Origin: Candidatus Thorarchaeota archaeon
GTDB lineage: Archaea > Asgardarchaeota > Thorarchaeia > Thorarchaeales > Thorarchaeaceae
Assembly: GCA_016839275.1 (NCBI GenBank)
Contig: JAEOUM010000177.1
Location: 1 to 60,812 of the forward strand
DNA length: 60,812 nt
Reading direction: 5' to 3'
Below, one piece after another: positions 18,584 through 29,218 of this stretch (positions within the stretch are counted from its first letter, which is position 1; each line of letters opens with the position of its first letter). The notes under the pieces were generated by a model. It did no database searches. It saw nothing but the letters and a program-made list of their open reading frames with translations, and was not told the origin of the DNA. The position numbers were made by a program, and so were the translations under genes.

Positions 18584-20044
18584 GTGTTCGGAGATAGACT
18601 AAAATTGAAAGTGGTCCAAAAGCATGGTGTGCGGAGTGACGAGAGTTTGGACAATAATCCCGCAACAGGAAATCCCGAACTTCCCTATGATTTGGGAGAA
18701 GTGGACCACGATGACGCTGAAGAGGTTCGTGAACAGACTGTTGGAATCCGAGCCTCTCTGAGCGCTGTTTTTTCATGGGGTAATTATAGAGCATATTTAG
18801 CTACAGCATGGGTCTTCAATGCCTTTGCATATCTATCGACATTTCTCAATCTGTATCTTTGGTACATAATTCCTAGTTTCATAGTCATTGGTGCCATAGG
18901 AACTGTGACGTCATTAATAGCTGCTATTTCACGCTTTTTCGGTGGCTATGTTGGAGATACAGTGAATCGAAAGACTCTGGCTGTTGTTTCAATGTTCTTG
19001 ATGGCGATTTATCATCTAATGATTGGTGTCTTCGTCGATCCAATCTTCATCTTCATAGCTCTTGTAATCATATCATCGATGGAGATCACAAAGGGAGGGT
19101 CAACAGCATACATAATGGATAACATCCCTCGAGAGCATAGTGGTCTTGCACTTTCATTGTTTACAGCGGGCAGAGTTCTTTCGATTATCACGCTAGTAAT
19201 TTTTGCGTTCCTCTATCCGTTTATTCAGTTTGAAGCCTATCGGCTGATACATCTAGTAGGTGGGGCTTGTCTATTTGTTTCCACACTGGCAAGGGCAATC
19301 TATCTAGAAGGTAGTCCTCAGAAACAAAGGGGAGCAGGGACAAAGTTATGGAGAACGTTCATAGAGGATAATACACGGGCATTCAGGGTTCTATTAACAA
19401 TAATTCCAGGGATGATGGTAGTCTGTATACTCGATGCAATAAGTGATTCATTCTTCAAACTTGGTGCGTTGATTTACATGAATGATGTATTGCAAATAGA
19501 TGTCCAATCCATAGCAATCATGATGATTGTAACTCTTGTGATTCAAGTCCCACTCTTATTGAAGGTAGGACGCCTATCTGATCGAAAAGGAGTGAAATCA
19601 ACAGCACTTATGGTATATGCTGTAATGCCTATATCTGCAACCTTTCTAATACTAGCTTATTGGTTTCCTGACTGGGCGCCAATCGCTTTTTCTGAATCTG
19701 CAAATTTGATAATACCAGGACTTGGGGTTGTCTTCAAGACCTCGTTTCTTGCTGTGGTTTTGAAATATGTTAATGATACATTATGGTATACAGTGATGCT
19801 CGTTTTAATTCGAAAGAGACTGCCAAGTCAGGATACCTCAAAGATACTTAGCATGTTTTGGTTTGTAATTTTCCTAGCATCCTCGATTGGCCCGTTAATT
19901 GGGGGACTAATTTCAGAAACAACCAATATTTTGTATCTCTTTGTTGGTGTACTGGTTTTGAATGTTCTGATTCTTGGTTCAATAGCACGATACGACCTTA
20001 CATCTCAAGCTCGCCAGATCCAAGATGAAACAACACTCATGTAG
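18584..20044 (+). CDS. MFS transporter (start uncertain)
   Basis: About 12 TM helices; MFS motif A copies GGYVGDTVNRK and GRLSDRKGVK. Confidence 0.88.
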   Translation: MFGDRLKLKVVQKHGVRSDESLDNNPATGNPELPYDLGEVDHDDAEEVREQTVGIRASLSAVFSWGNYRAYLATAWVFNAFAYLSTFLNLYLWYIIPSFIVIGAIGTVTSLIAAISRFFGGYVGDTVNRKTLAVVSMFLMAIYHLMIGVFVDPIFIFIALVIISSMEITKGGSTAYIMDNIPREHSGLALSLFTAGRVLSIITLVIFAFLYPFIQFEAYRLIHLVGGACLFVSTLARAIYLEGSPQKQRGAGTKLWRTFIEDNTRAFRVLLTIIPGMMVVCILDAISDSFFKLGALIYMNDVLQIDVQSIAIMMIVTLVIQVPLLLKVGRLSDRKGVKSTALMVYAVMPISATFLILAYWFPDWAPIAFSESANLIIPGLGVVFKTSFLAVVLKYVNDTLWYTVMLVLIRKRLPSQDTSKILSMFWFVIFLASSIGPLIGGLISETTNILYLFVGVLVLNVLILGSIARYDLTSQARQIQDETTLM

Positions 20045-20111
20045 GATGATTTCATATGATGTTATCTTTAAAGCATAGATTCATGCTCTTTCACAAATGT
20101 GAGGGATCAAT

Positions 20112-20759
20112 ATGAATAAAGAAGAGATGAGGATAAAAGAGGTTCTTCGCAGATTGAAGGCGGCGTACCCAGATGCACCACCAACATACCTGCACTTCAG
20201 CAATCCATTTGAGATGTTAATTGCGACGATTCTATCAGCACGTGCCACAGACGTAGGGGTAAACAAAGTCACACCGGTGTTGTTTGGCAAATATCCAAAT
20301 CCATTGAAGATGGCAAAGGCGAATGTGGAAGATCTGGCTCAAATTATTCGCTCTTGCGGAGCGTATAATCGAAAGGCCACTTATATCAAAGATACATCAA
20401 GAATGATTTCTGAAGACTTTAGAGGAGAGGTACCTGAAACCCTTGAAGAGCTCATTACATTTCCAGGAGTAAGTAGAAAGACAGCAAATGTGGTTCTCCA
20501 GACTGTTTATGGAATCGCCGAGGGTATTATTGTAGACACCCATATCATGAGAGTCACAGTAAGACTTCATTTCAGTCAATATGATAAGAAACCAGACAAG
20601 ATTGAGAAAGACCTCATGCAGCTTCTTCCAAAGGACAAATGGATTGACTATGCTCGCCTCATTGGAGCACATGGTAGACAGACATGTAAAGCCTCACATC
20701 CAAAATGCTCATCATGTTCTATCAACAATCTGTGTCCTTCATCAGAGCTTGATAACTGA
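20112..20759 (+). CDS. nth: Endonuclease III
   Basis: NPFEMLIATILSARATD, FPGVSRKTANVV, VDTHI and a C-x6-C-x2-C-x5-C cluster. Confidence 0.93.
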   Translation: MNKEEMRIKEVLRRLKAAYPDAPPTYLHFSNPFEMLIATILSARATDVGVNKVTPVLFGKYPNPLKMAKANVEDLAQIIRSCGAYNRKATYIKDTSRMISEDFRGEVPETLEELITFPGVSRKTANVVLQTVYGIAEGIIVDTHIMRVTVRLHFSQYDKKPDKIEKDLMQLLPKDKWIDYARLIGAHGRQTCKASHPKCSSCSINNLCPSSELDN

Positions 20760-20822
20760 GTGCTATCAAAAGACGTTATAAGAGGATGTAATTGAACCCA
20801 GAATCGGGTTGCTGAGATTACA

Positions 20823-21923
20823 ATGAGGATTGGAATGGTGAGCAAGTTTGGTGCACCAGACGGGCTATGTATCAGAGCCAACGCCGTCCTCACAGGTTTG
20901 ACTAAACGAAATCACGAAGTACATGTGTTCACTCAATCAAAGAGAGTGGAGGGTCTTCCTGTTGAGAGAGTGCACAGGTACAAGGCAGTTCAGTTGAATC
21001 CACATTTTTCTATCGATTCTATTACAGCCCCACGGATTATTGCTAAACAGTGCCAAGAAAACGAAATCGAAGTCCTACACATTCAAATGAATTCAGGAAG
21101 TACCGAATTCCTATTGCCTTATTTTAAGACTGCGTTGCCACCCCTTGTTGTTACATACCATCTTGCCTATGCTGCTGGCAGTTCAATATATACAACCTTG
21201 TTTGGCGTAGCATGGAAAGCCTCTTTGTTTGCTAGTAGAAAATATGATCAAGTCATTCTCGTCGACCCTTCTCAAAAACCATACTTTCTTGAAAGCGGAT
21301 TTTCAGAAAATAGCGTATCAGTGATAAGAAATGGAGTTGATATAGACCTCTTCAAGCCCAATAAGAATAAGATGATCGACGATGGAATTGTTGATTTTGT
21401 GTATGTTGGTCGTCTTAGTTATGACAAGGGGGTTCATCTATTATTGGATGCGTATCGAGAGTATCATGCTGAGAATCCGAAATCCAGACTTACGCTCATC
21501 GGTGATGGCATGCTGAAACACCAGATTAATGGATGCGTTGATGATGGTTCACTCTCTTGGTTGGGAGCAATCGAGCATGATGAAATCCCCGTAGTCCTTC
21601 AGAGGATGGATGTATTTGTAATCCCGCAAAATATCGGGGGACTGGGTTTGAGTGTCCTAGAAGCAATGGGTTGTGGACTTCCAGTGATAACAACAGCAAT
21701 TGGCGAAACTGTCAAATTATTAGGAAAGGATGAGGGAATCCTAGTCGAGCCTGAGAACATTGGGGCGATTATCGATGCTATGAGAGTCCTTGCAGAGGAC
21801 AAGAAGTTAAGACAGAGAATGGGTATGCGCTGTAGGAGAAAGGTCGAGGAAAAATACTCTTGGCATAATCAGATAGGTCAAATTGAGGAAGTCTATAGAA
21901 GAGCCATAGAAAGAGCAAGGTGA
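20823..21923 (+). CDS. Glycosyltransferase family 4
   Basis: NGVD, YVGRLSYDKG and GLSVLEAMGCGLPVITT. Confidence 0.92.
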   Translation: MRIGMVSKFGAPDGLCIRANAVLTGLTKRNHEVHVFTQSKRVEGLPVERVHRYKAVQLNPHFSIDSITAPRIIAKQCQENEIEVLHIQMNSGSTEFLLPYFKTALPPLVVTYHLAYAAGSSIYTTLFGVAWKASLFASRKYDQVILVDPSQKPYFLESGFSENSVSVIRNGVDIDLFKPNKNKMIDDGIVDFVYVGRLSYDKGVHLLLDAYREYHAENPKSRLTLIGDGMLKHQINGCVDDGSLSWLGAIEHDEIPVVLQRMDVFVIPQNIGGLGLSVLEAMGCGLPVITTAIGETVKLLGKDEGILVEPENIGAIIDAMRVLAEDKKLRQRMGMRCRRKVEEKYSWHNQIGQIEEVYRRAIERAR

Positions 21924-22004
21924 AAAGTCGAGTTTATAGAGAAAACGACTTATGAGGAAAGAAGCTCTGCTTGAGTTAGCTAACTAATGCAGGAGAGAAT
22001 ATTA

Positions 22005-23297
22005 GTGTTAGATGTTCGATTCATCCGTGAGAACATAGACCTTATTCGAATGAATCTAGAACGACGTAGAGATAAGGCTAAACTTCAGGAGTTTGAGAGT
22101 TTCCTCAAACTTGATGATAGGATAAGAGCTCTTCAGAGAGAAATACAGAATCTCAGAACACAACGAAACAGAATTTCAAAAGAAGTCGGTCAACGAAAAA
22201 AATCCGGTCAAGACGACTCAGAGCTTGTGGAGCAAGCTAATCAAGTGAATAAGAGGATCTCTGAGGTCGAGAGAGAAACTGATGAATTGCAGTCTGAGCT
22301 CAAGAGGATACAGATGAGTATCCCCAACATACTTCATGAGAGTGTCCCATATGGCGCCGATGACCAAGATAATGAGGTCGTGAAGGAATGGGGTGGCAAA
22401 CCAGAGTTTGATTTCAAGGTTCATAGTCATGTAGATTTACTCGAATCACTTAACATTGGAGACATCCCACGAGCAGCAAAAGTTGCAGGTTCTAGGTTTT
22501 ATTATCTCAAGAATGAGCTTGTAATGCTCGATATTGCCATGCAGCAGATGGCATTGAACATGTTATTGAAGAAAAGATATTCTCTCGTATATCCACCATT
22601 TATGATGCGGCGAGAACCGTATGAAGGAGTGACGGATTTAGCTGATTTTGCGGATGTGATGTATAAAATAGAAGGAGAGGACCTGTATCTTATTGCCACA
22701 TCTGAACATCCAATGGCAGCTATGTATATGGGAGAAATTTTCGAACCAACTAATCTTCCAATCAAACTTGCTGGAGTAAGTGCATGCTTTAGAAAAGAAG
22801 CAGGCTCGCATGGGAAGGACACAAAGGGAATCTTCAGAGTGCACCAGTTCAATAAAGTTGAGCAATTCGTCTTTTGTCATCCAGAAGAATCTTGGGAAAT
22901 TCATGAAGAGCTAATTCAAAATGAAGAAGAATATGTTCAGGCACTTAAACTTCCGTATCGTATTGTGAATGTATGCACTGGTGACATTGGTATTGTTGCT
23001 GCAAAGAAGTATGACCTTGAGTTCTGGTTCCCAGGTCAGCAGACATATCGCGAAGGTGGATCCTGCAGTAACTGCACAGCATATCAAGCCACACGTCTGA
23101 ACATTAAGTTCAGGATTAAGAAAGGTGGAACTGAGAAAGCATTTGTGCACACTCTAAACAGCACATTGATGGCCAATCCCAGAACATTGGTGGCGATTTT
23201 GGAGGTCTATCAGCAAGAAGATGGTAGTGTCAAGATTCCTGCAGCACTCCACAAGTACCTTCCTTCCAGCATGCGTGAAATAGTGCCTAGAGATTAG
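22005..23297 (+). CDS. serS: Seryl-tRNA synthetase (canonical type)
   Basis: Canonical (M)LDVRFIREN start from GTG (ORF open to 21987), coiled-coil arm, YLIATSE, FRKEAG, GIFRVHQFNKVE, SCSNC and HTLNST. Confidence 0.96.
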   Translation: MLDVRFIRENIDLIRMNLERRRDKAKLQEFESFLKLDDRIRALQREIQNLRTQRNRISKEVGQRKKSGQDDSELVEQANQVNKRISEVERETDELQSELKRIQMSIPNILHESVPYGADDQDNEVVKEWGGKPEFDFKVHSHVDLLESLNIGDIPRAAKVAGSRFYYLKNELVMLDIAMQQMALNMLLKKRYSLVYPPFMMRREPYEGVTDLADFADVMYKIEGEDLYLIATSEHPMAAMYMGEIFEPTNLPIKLAGVSACFRKEAGSHGKDTKGIFRVHQFNKVEQFVFCHPEESWEIHEELIQNEEEYVQALKLPYRIVNVCTGDIGIVAAKKYDLEFWFPGQQTYREGGSCSNCTAYQATRLNIKFRIKKGGTEKAFVHTLNSTLMANPRTLVAILEVYQQEDGSVKIPAALHKYLPSSMREIVPRD

Positions 23298-23306
23298 CCT
23301 AGGAGA

Positions 23307-24539
23307 TTACATACTTCCTTCCATGCTCATCTTGATGGCATCATCAATCGATTTTTGAAGTGCTGGTGGAAGATCCGGAACCTTCAATTTGACAAAACCT
23401 CGGATTATGAGTGAAGTAGCCTCTTCTTCATTCAATCCACGACTCATGAGATAGCTAAGTTGCTCAGCACCAACCTTACCAACAGTGGCTTCATGACTCA
23501 GCTCTGAACCTTCTGCACGCGCTGCAAGCATAGGTACGGCTCTAATCACTGCAGTGTTGCTGACCAGAAGTCCATCACATTCCAGTCTACCTCTTGTTTC
23601 TCCAGAAAGTCCAATTAAATCTCCTCGAGCTATAATTTCGCACTCATCTGTAGCAATAGACCGCGAAATGACCTTACCACTAGAGTTTGGAGCTTCAAGA
23701 CTCAAAAGCCCTCCAATGTCATATTTTGATTTCTTACTCCCGTATACAACCGAGTAAAGATCAGCCTTAGCGCCCGGTTCGACTAATCGGACCTTGGGAA
23801 AAGTCTGTATTGATTTGAGTGGACTCAGTATTGCATAGCTGGAGATGAATGTGCCATTCTCTTCAACAATAGTGGCGGATCGGGGTCTCACATCAGTCAT
23901 CTCACTCCATCTATGGACCATGGTAAATGTGAGCCGAGCCTTCTTTTTGACATAGAACTCTGACACGCCCAGATGAAGTGATTGTTCTACATTTGAAGGT
24001 GTGGCACACCCAGTGATAATATGGAGTTCCGAACCCTCCTCAGCTATGACGATATTGTGAACATTCTGGACGGATTGGTTCTTCTTCATTATCAGACAAC
24101 TTTGAACCGGCATTTTGATTTTAGATCCAGCAGTAGCCCGGATGAAGTAACCACTGTAATTCTCCAACTCACTTCTTGCTGTGTATTTATCAGTATCAAC
24201 TTGGACAGCATTCCAAAGATAATCATGCAGCCAATCATATTTTTGGAGAGCTTGATCAGTTGGCATGACCTCAAGCCCTTCTTGTTGAATTAAAACATCT
24301 GCAAGGAAACTCTCGTTATCAAACTGCATGAATGTTGCTGAAACTCTCTCTTGTGAAGGATCAAATCCAACCTCTTGTGTCAAGATACGATCCTGTTCTG
24401 AAAGCTCATCAAGGGATTCCAAGTCATTAGGTTTGGAGGTTGAATAATTATAATTTTCAAGATCAATATCACTGCCATATTGAGATGGTTTTTCCCTAGC
24501 TGAATGCGCACGTTTCTTCTTGTTATCTGATGGCATCAA
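23307..24539 (-). CDS. sufB: Fe-S cluster assembly scaffold SufB/SmsB
   Basis: QNVHNIVIAEEGSELHIITGC, HLGVSEFYV, ECDGL and ELSHEATVGK..LSYLMSRGL. Confidence 0.92.
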   Translation of the reverse strand: MMPSDNKKKRAHSAREKPSQYGSDIDLENYNYSTSKPNDLESLDELSEQDRILTQEVGFDPSQERVSATFMQFDNESFLADVLIQQEGLEVMPTDQALQKYDWLHDYLWNAVQVDTDKYTARSELENYSGYFIRATAGSKIKMPVQSCLIMKKNQSVQNVHNIVIAEEGSELHIITGCATPSNVEQSLHLGVSEFYVKKKARLTFTMVHRWSEMTDVRPRSATIVEENGTFISSYAILSPLKSIQTFPKVRLVEPGAKADLYSVVYGSKKSKYDIGGLLSLEAPNSSGKVISRSIATDECEIIARGDLIGLSGETRGRLECDGLLVSNTAVIRAVPMLAARAEGSELSHEATVGKVGAEQLSYLMSRGLNEEEATSLIIRGFVKLKVPDLPPALQKSIDDAIKMSMEGSM

Positions 24540-24548
24540 TAAGCCTCC

Positions 24549-25331
24549 TCACCCAGTCATTTCAGCTAGGAAGCGCTCATACCCTTTCTCTTCCAAAACT
24601 GGGATGTCACTCATATCCCCGATGTAAACGAGCTTGCCATGTTGTAGAATGTAGACTTTATCCACCTCTAAGAATTCAAGAACATAGCGATGGTGACTTA
24701 TTATTACTAGGGTCACCTCATGTTTCTCTCTTATTGCCTTGAGTTCTTTCCCAACTATCTTGAGGGAATCATAGTCAAGTCCGCTATCAGGTTCATCAAG
24801 AAACATGACCTTAGGCCGCATTGAGAGGACTTGAAAGAGCTCACTTCTCTTTAACTCGCCCCCAGAGAATCCATCATTTAGATCACGGTTTGCAAGGTTT
24901 CTGATTCCAAGTCTTTCAAAATCATCATAGAGTATCTGTTTGCATGCACATGTTTCTCCCATGAAGGTTTCAGAGTCATCACTGCACTGATAGTCAGGAC
25001 ATACTCGGCAGATGAAGTCGTCAAGCTTTACACCAGATATTCGTGGGGGTGTTTGGAACGCGTAAGCAATTCCCATGCGCGCACGATCGGTAATCGATTC
25101 GCCTAAAATCGATTTACTATTAAATAGAATGTCACCACCTGTGACCTTGTATTCTGGTAGACCCATTATTGTCTTTGCTAACGTGGACTTGCCTGAAGCA
25201 TTTGGACCCAGGACTGCATAAACTTGTCCTATCTTGAATGTAAGGTCTATGCCACCAAGAATTGGTACACCATTAACCTCGACCCGCAAATCCCTAGTTT
25301 CGAGAAGGATATCATCATTCATTGGAATCAA
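24549..25331 (-). CDS. sufC: Fe-S cluster assembly ATPase SufC/SmsC with an internal Cys-rich insert
   Basis: GPNASGKST, FSGGELKRSE and LDEPDSGLD; adjacent to sufB. Confidence 0.92.
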   Translation of the reverse strand: MIPMNDDILLETRDLRVEVNGVPILGGIDLTFKIGQVYAVLGPNASGKSTLAKTIMGLPEYKVTGGDILFNSKSILGESITDRARMGIAYAFQTPPRISGVKLDDFICRVCPDYQCSDDSETFMGETCACKQILYDDFERLGIRNLANRDLNDGFSGGELKRSELFQVLSMRPKVMFLDEPDSGLDYDSLKIVGKELKAIREKHEVTLVIISHHRYVLEFLEVDKVYILQHGKLVYIGDMSDIPVLEEKGYERFLAEMTG

Positions 25332-25394
25332 CGCCTGTTGAGCTTGTGCTCAATATCATCAAAGGCAATCTCCACCTATAAAACCGGGCTCTTA

Positions 25395-25823
25395 CTATCG
25401 TGTATATGTACCCATTGTTTTAGCTACAGTAATCTTATGTTTCTCACATAGTTCTTTGAAGCTGTTCTTATCCACAGTTTCTAACGCTGGAATTGATAGT
25501 GCATAGAGTGAGAAAACGTATCGATGCGTGCCAAAAGGAGGAGCAGGTCCACCCCAATTTTGAGTTCCAAAGTCGTTTTGTACCTGAATTCCAGGAACTT
25601 GTGCGTCAGGCTTAATCTCACAAACTCCCACAGGTATACCATGAACAAGCCAGTGAATCCAGTCTCCTACCGGAGCATCAGGATCATTACAGATGAGTGC
25701 AAAGCTCTTCGTTCCCGTAGGTATATCATCCCATGCAAGGTGAGGTCGTTGGTTCTCATGTCTGTAGGAACACTTGTCAGGAATTGGTTGCCCTTCCGCA
25801 AAATCATTACTCCAAAGTCGCAT
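25395..25823 (-). CDS. YbhB/YbcL (PEBP/RKIP-like) protein
   Basis: DPDAP..WIHW and GPAPP.GTHRYVF.LYAL. Confidence 0.92.
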   Translation of the reverse strand: MRLWSNDFAEGQPIPDKCSYRHENQRPHLAWDDIPTGTKSFALICNDPDAPVGDWIHWLVHGIPVGVCEIKPDAQVPGIQVQNDFGTQNWGGPAPPFGTHRYVFSLYALSIPALETVDKNSFKELCEKHKITVAKTMGTYTR

Positions 25824-26069
25824 CAGCTATCATCTCAAAGTGTGCTGATATATAATGGTAATAATCACTCTTCTGTATTTTCATCAACCAAATTGTGATG
25901 TTGAAGGAAGAATTCATTCGCAAGATAGATTCTTCTTCCAATCTATACTTCTGTCAAGTGTGTTTGGGACTGAATGGTTTAGATGGATCACGTCATATAC
26001 TAAAGCTAGTTCGGTCTTCAAACATTATGCTTAAAACGACCTTAATGAATCCTCCATCGAGGCATATCA

Positions 26070-26540
26070 TTGACTGATGTACAACAAACTTTCGAAAGAC
26101 TTGTTTCCCTCGCAATTCAGAGAGAGGAGGAAGCATACGAGTTCTATATGAAGGCCGCTGAAGAAGCAGAGTTCAAGTCATCAGCGAAACTACTACAAGA
26201 TTTAGCGCACCAAGAGGTCACTCATAAGGAAAAGTTGCAGTCTGCTCAAAAAGCAGGAGTCTGTGAAACTTTCAGGTGTGATACAATAGAGGAATTAGAG
26301 AATATGGACTTGAGTCAGTATCTTGTCGATATTCCATTACTGCCATCTTCTACACCCCAAGATGTGCTTATAGTGGCAATCAAGAAAGAATCTGCAGCCC
26401 ATAGCTTCTACAAAGCTCTATCTGAACTTACAGGAAGCGGACAGCATCGGACTGTATTCGAAACACTTGCGAATGAAGAAGAGAGCCATAAGAACAGGCT
26501 TCAAAATATGTATGATGACATTTTCCAGCCTGATATGTAG
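26070..26540 (+). CDS. Rubrerythrin/ferritin-like diiron protein
   Basis: Duplicated AIxxE..FY...LAxxExxH motifs (EVTH, EESH). Confidence 0.88.
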   Translation: MTDVQQTFERLVSLAIQREEEAYEFYMKAAEEAEFKSSAKLLQDLAHQEVTHKEKLQSAQKAGVCETFRCDTIEELENMDLSQYLVDIPLLPSSTPQDVLIVAIKKESAAHSFYKALSELTGSGQHRTVFETLANEEESHKNRLQNMYDDIFQPDM

Positions 26541-26590
26541 GTAGAACTCTATCGACTCGTTCGTACCGGTTTGCAAGGGAATAATTGTGA

Positions 26591-27871
26591 CTAAGGCATA
26601 TGAAGATTAGGCGCTGCTAGGAAGGTCAGTCCACGTTTTGTTAGCTCTTCAGCTGTTCGGTTCACTGAGTGATGTTTGTCTAGATAATTTTGCAAATGCA
26701 TAGGCATATGCCCTGCTTGAATAATGTCTTCCTTTGTTCTGAAATAATCAAGGATATCACTTGGATAATCGCGTGAAGCTTCTATCGAAAGAGTGCCGCC
26801 TTCATGTTTTGCGCTAATATTCTTTACATGATCAGCTAAATCAAGAAGTTCAGAAAGTCTATCATATGGTTGCCGAACAATAGACTTGTAGGTTTCTGTG
26901 ATGTGATGTTCAATCCGAACCACGTCTTCGAAATCAAAGGCTTTTCTAATCTGAGCTGCTAACTCAATAGTTTCGTTGTCAACGCTATTAGAGAGGTTGA
27001 ACCCAATGAGAGGACTAGTTCCATCATCTCGACTGAAGAGTTTTGCAGTCATTAAAGTCCACAAGCATGCATATGGATTGTCATTACCCATGAATACGGA
27101 GATCTTGAATTCCATGTCAATCCCTAGCTTGTGCATCATGTAGCCAACTAATACACTTCCAGGATTGATGTTGAGAACCTGTGTTATACCATAGGTCGTA
27201 TAATAATGCAGGAACTCATCAGCCCATTTCAAGGGAAACTTGTTTGGCATCCCGACACCGCCAAAATAACCTGTGATTGTGGATGGACCGCCAAGGTGTA
27301 TATTGACTGGGGCGCCATCGGGACCAGGATATGTTCCTTTTGTATCAAGCGTTTCAACATATGACGAACCAAATATTTGCATGGCAGCTGCAAATGCAAT
27401 GACATCATTATCTGCAGTTTGCTCATCCATTTTCCGAACCCTGATGAAACGGCTTGGCATTAACTCACTTTTCTCTATAGCCTGTTTAGTTTCTGCGATG
27501 AGCCATGGAAAGTACTGGCAGGCGCTAATCTCAAGAGTGACAGCGAAACTCTCATCGAATTTCGTAGATTTGAATTTATCACCAAGTATTTTCTGTCTAT
27601 AGTCAGAAATTGAAATGAAAGCATGACTATCCTTCTGTTCTTGAAGCCATTCAAGGTCTCTAACGTATGGAGAATTCTTTACCTCTAACATTGCAATCAA
27701 ATTATCGAGCTTTCTTACCTCCTCTGCTTTTCTATTGATTTCATCAATTCCACCATATTTGTCAATCAACATAAGAAGGTCATTCACAAGTGGATTGTCA
27801 TCTGCGAGAAAGATCTCATATATCTCTCTCAGTCGATCATTATCAATTCTTAGCTTTTTCCTGTCAATCAT
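26591..27871 (-). CDS. Hypothetical cytosolic protein (426 aa), function unknown
   Basis: Long ORF with enzyme-like motifs (LEISACQYFPW, IEHHITE, KHEGG); no family assigned. Confidence 0.8.
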   Translation of the reverse strand: MIDRKKLRIDNDRLREIYEIFLADDNPLVNDLLMLIDKYGGIDEINRKAEEVRKLDNLIAMLEVKNSPYVRDLEWLQEQKDSHAFISISDYRQKILGDKFKSTKFDESFAVTLEISACQYFPWLIAETKQAIEKSELMPSRFIRVRKMDEQTADNDVIAFAAAMQIFGSSYVETLDTKGTYPGPDGAPVNIHLGGPSTITGYFGGVGMPNKFPLKWADEFLHYYTTYGITQVLNINPGSVLVGYMMHKLGIDMEFKISVFMGNDNPYACLWTLMTAKLFSRDDGTSPLIGFNLSNSVDNETIELAAQIRKAFDFEDVVRIEHHITETYKSIVRQPYDRLSELLDLADHVKNISAKHEGGTLSIEASRDYPSDILDYFRTKEDIIQAGHMPMHLQNYLDKHHSVNRTAEELTKRGLTFLAAPNLHMP

Positions 27872-28018
27872 AGCAGTACGCCTTCCACAAAGTTCAGCTG
27901 GCTATATCGAGCCCGAGTGCACAGATATTGGAGTGAAGCAGGTCCTAAAAAACCGTTCTGACCATCACTATTCTTCATTTTCATACGGATTATCCTTTGG
28001 GAGTGATTTCATACACAC

Positions 28019-28618
28019 TCAAGACTCTAGTGTGTCGACCTCTTGCGGGATTTCTCCTTTATAGGTCAAATCTCGTAGATATGACCGAATCATAGGACCG
28101 ATGGATAGTGTGACAAGAGAACCAACAATTACCTGTATAGAATTGACTGTGACTAATTCCGCCAAGGCTGCTCCAAAGGAGTATTCAAGTATGAACATTT
28201 CTCCGAGTAGATATCCTAACATCATAACACAAGATGCAAGAATAACACCAATGACATCCCATATACGGATACGATTTTCTTTGAATGTCTTTGCACTAAA
28301 AAGACCAACAACCATTCCTTCCAAGCCCTTGGCAACAAGAGTGATTGGGGCATATTGAGGTGCAACGATTAAATCTGCAATTGCAGAACCTCCACCTCCA
28401 GCGATAAACCCTCCAAGTGGACCTAAAATAAATCCACTAATCATTACCAGAACATCGCCTAGATTGAAATAACCGGCTGTAGTTGGAAACGGTACGATTA
28501 GTACTATTGTTGAAACAGTAGTTAGGGCTGTAAGAATTGCAATTAGGGAGATGTACACAGTCGTATTTGGGTGCTCTGGACGAAAATATTCCACTGTACT
28601 CTCCTCCTTTACAGACAT
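28019..28618 (-). CDS. ECF transporter S component
   Basis: GYFNLGD, GGGGSAIADL, YAPITLVAKGLEG and several TM helices. Start placed at MSVKEE. Confidence 0.85.
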   Translation of the reverse strand: MSVKEESTVEYFRPEHPNTTVYISLIAILTALTTVSTIVLIVPFPTTAGYFNLGDVLVMISGFILGPLGGFIAGGGGSAIADLIVAPQYAPITLVAKGLEGMVVGLFSAKTFKENRIRIWDVIGVILASCVMMLGYLLGEMFILEYSFGAALAELVTVNSIQVIVGSLVTLSIGPMIRSYLRDLTYKGEIPQEVDTLES

Positions 28619-28758
28619 TATGTCAGCAATTTTCAGGGCAAGATGATTACATATAACCTTAAGCCTGTCATAAGAGAAGTGTTTTAACATGAGAAACATA
28701 ATGGAAATGGTGGGTAGTTGAATATACTCCCATTTCCCCATATGAGAGGTAGGGAAAA

Positions 28759-29139
28759 ATGAGCAAGAAATGGATACAGACTGCGGATTGGAAGAGTGAG
28801 AAACATATTCCTGCAATTGAAATCTCGAAAATAGAAAATGGTCGAGTCTATGTGAAAGTAGCTGTTGGAAAGGAAATCCCACATCCTAATACAACAGCCC
28901 ATCACATCAAGTGGATTGACCTATTCTTCTGGCCAGACGACGAAAAATTCCCCTGCGAGATTGGGTACGTCAGTTTTGATACACATGGTGAGTCAGCTCA
29001 AGGGCCAGATACAGGTTCAGTACACTCTGAGCCAGTTACAAAGTTCGTCTTTTCAACGAAAAAGTCAGGTACTTTGATGGCTACTGCCTACTGCAATATA
29101 CACGGACTTTGGAAGAGCGAGGAAGAGCTCAAGATCTAG
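28759..29139 (+). CDS. sor: Superoxide reductase (neelaredoxin / 1Fe-SOR)
   Basis: EKHIP, PHPNTTAHHIKWI and CNIHGLW. Confidence 0.93.
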   Translation: MSKKWIQTADWKSEKHIPAIEISKIENGRVYVKVAVGKEIPHPNTTAHHIKWIDLFFWPDDEKFPCEIGYVSFDTHGESAQGPDTGSVHSEPVTKFVFSTKKSGTLMATAYCNIHGLWKSEEELKI

Positions 29140-29164
29140 ACCTATCAATGCTACAAATATCGGC

Positions 29165-29218
29165 TGGAGTCTGCCTACAGAGTTGTAGCCAGACCTCCAC
29201 CACACTGTTTTTCATTTT
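29165..29218 (+). terminator. Hairpin plus T-rich tract after sor
   Basis: TGGAG-TCTG-C-CTACA/GAGT/TGTAG-C-CAGA-C-CTCCA followed by TGTTTTTCATTTT. Confidence 0.55.

Noticed and set aside
28619-28905. Long N-terminal extension of the ECF S component and overlapping minus-strand ORFs
   Set aside because: They overlap the well-supported sor gene on the opposite strand.
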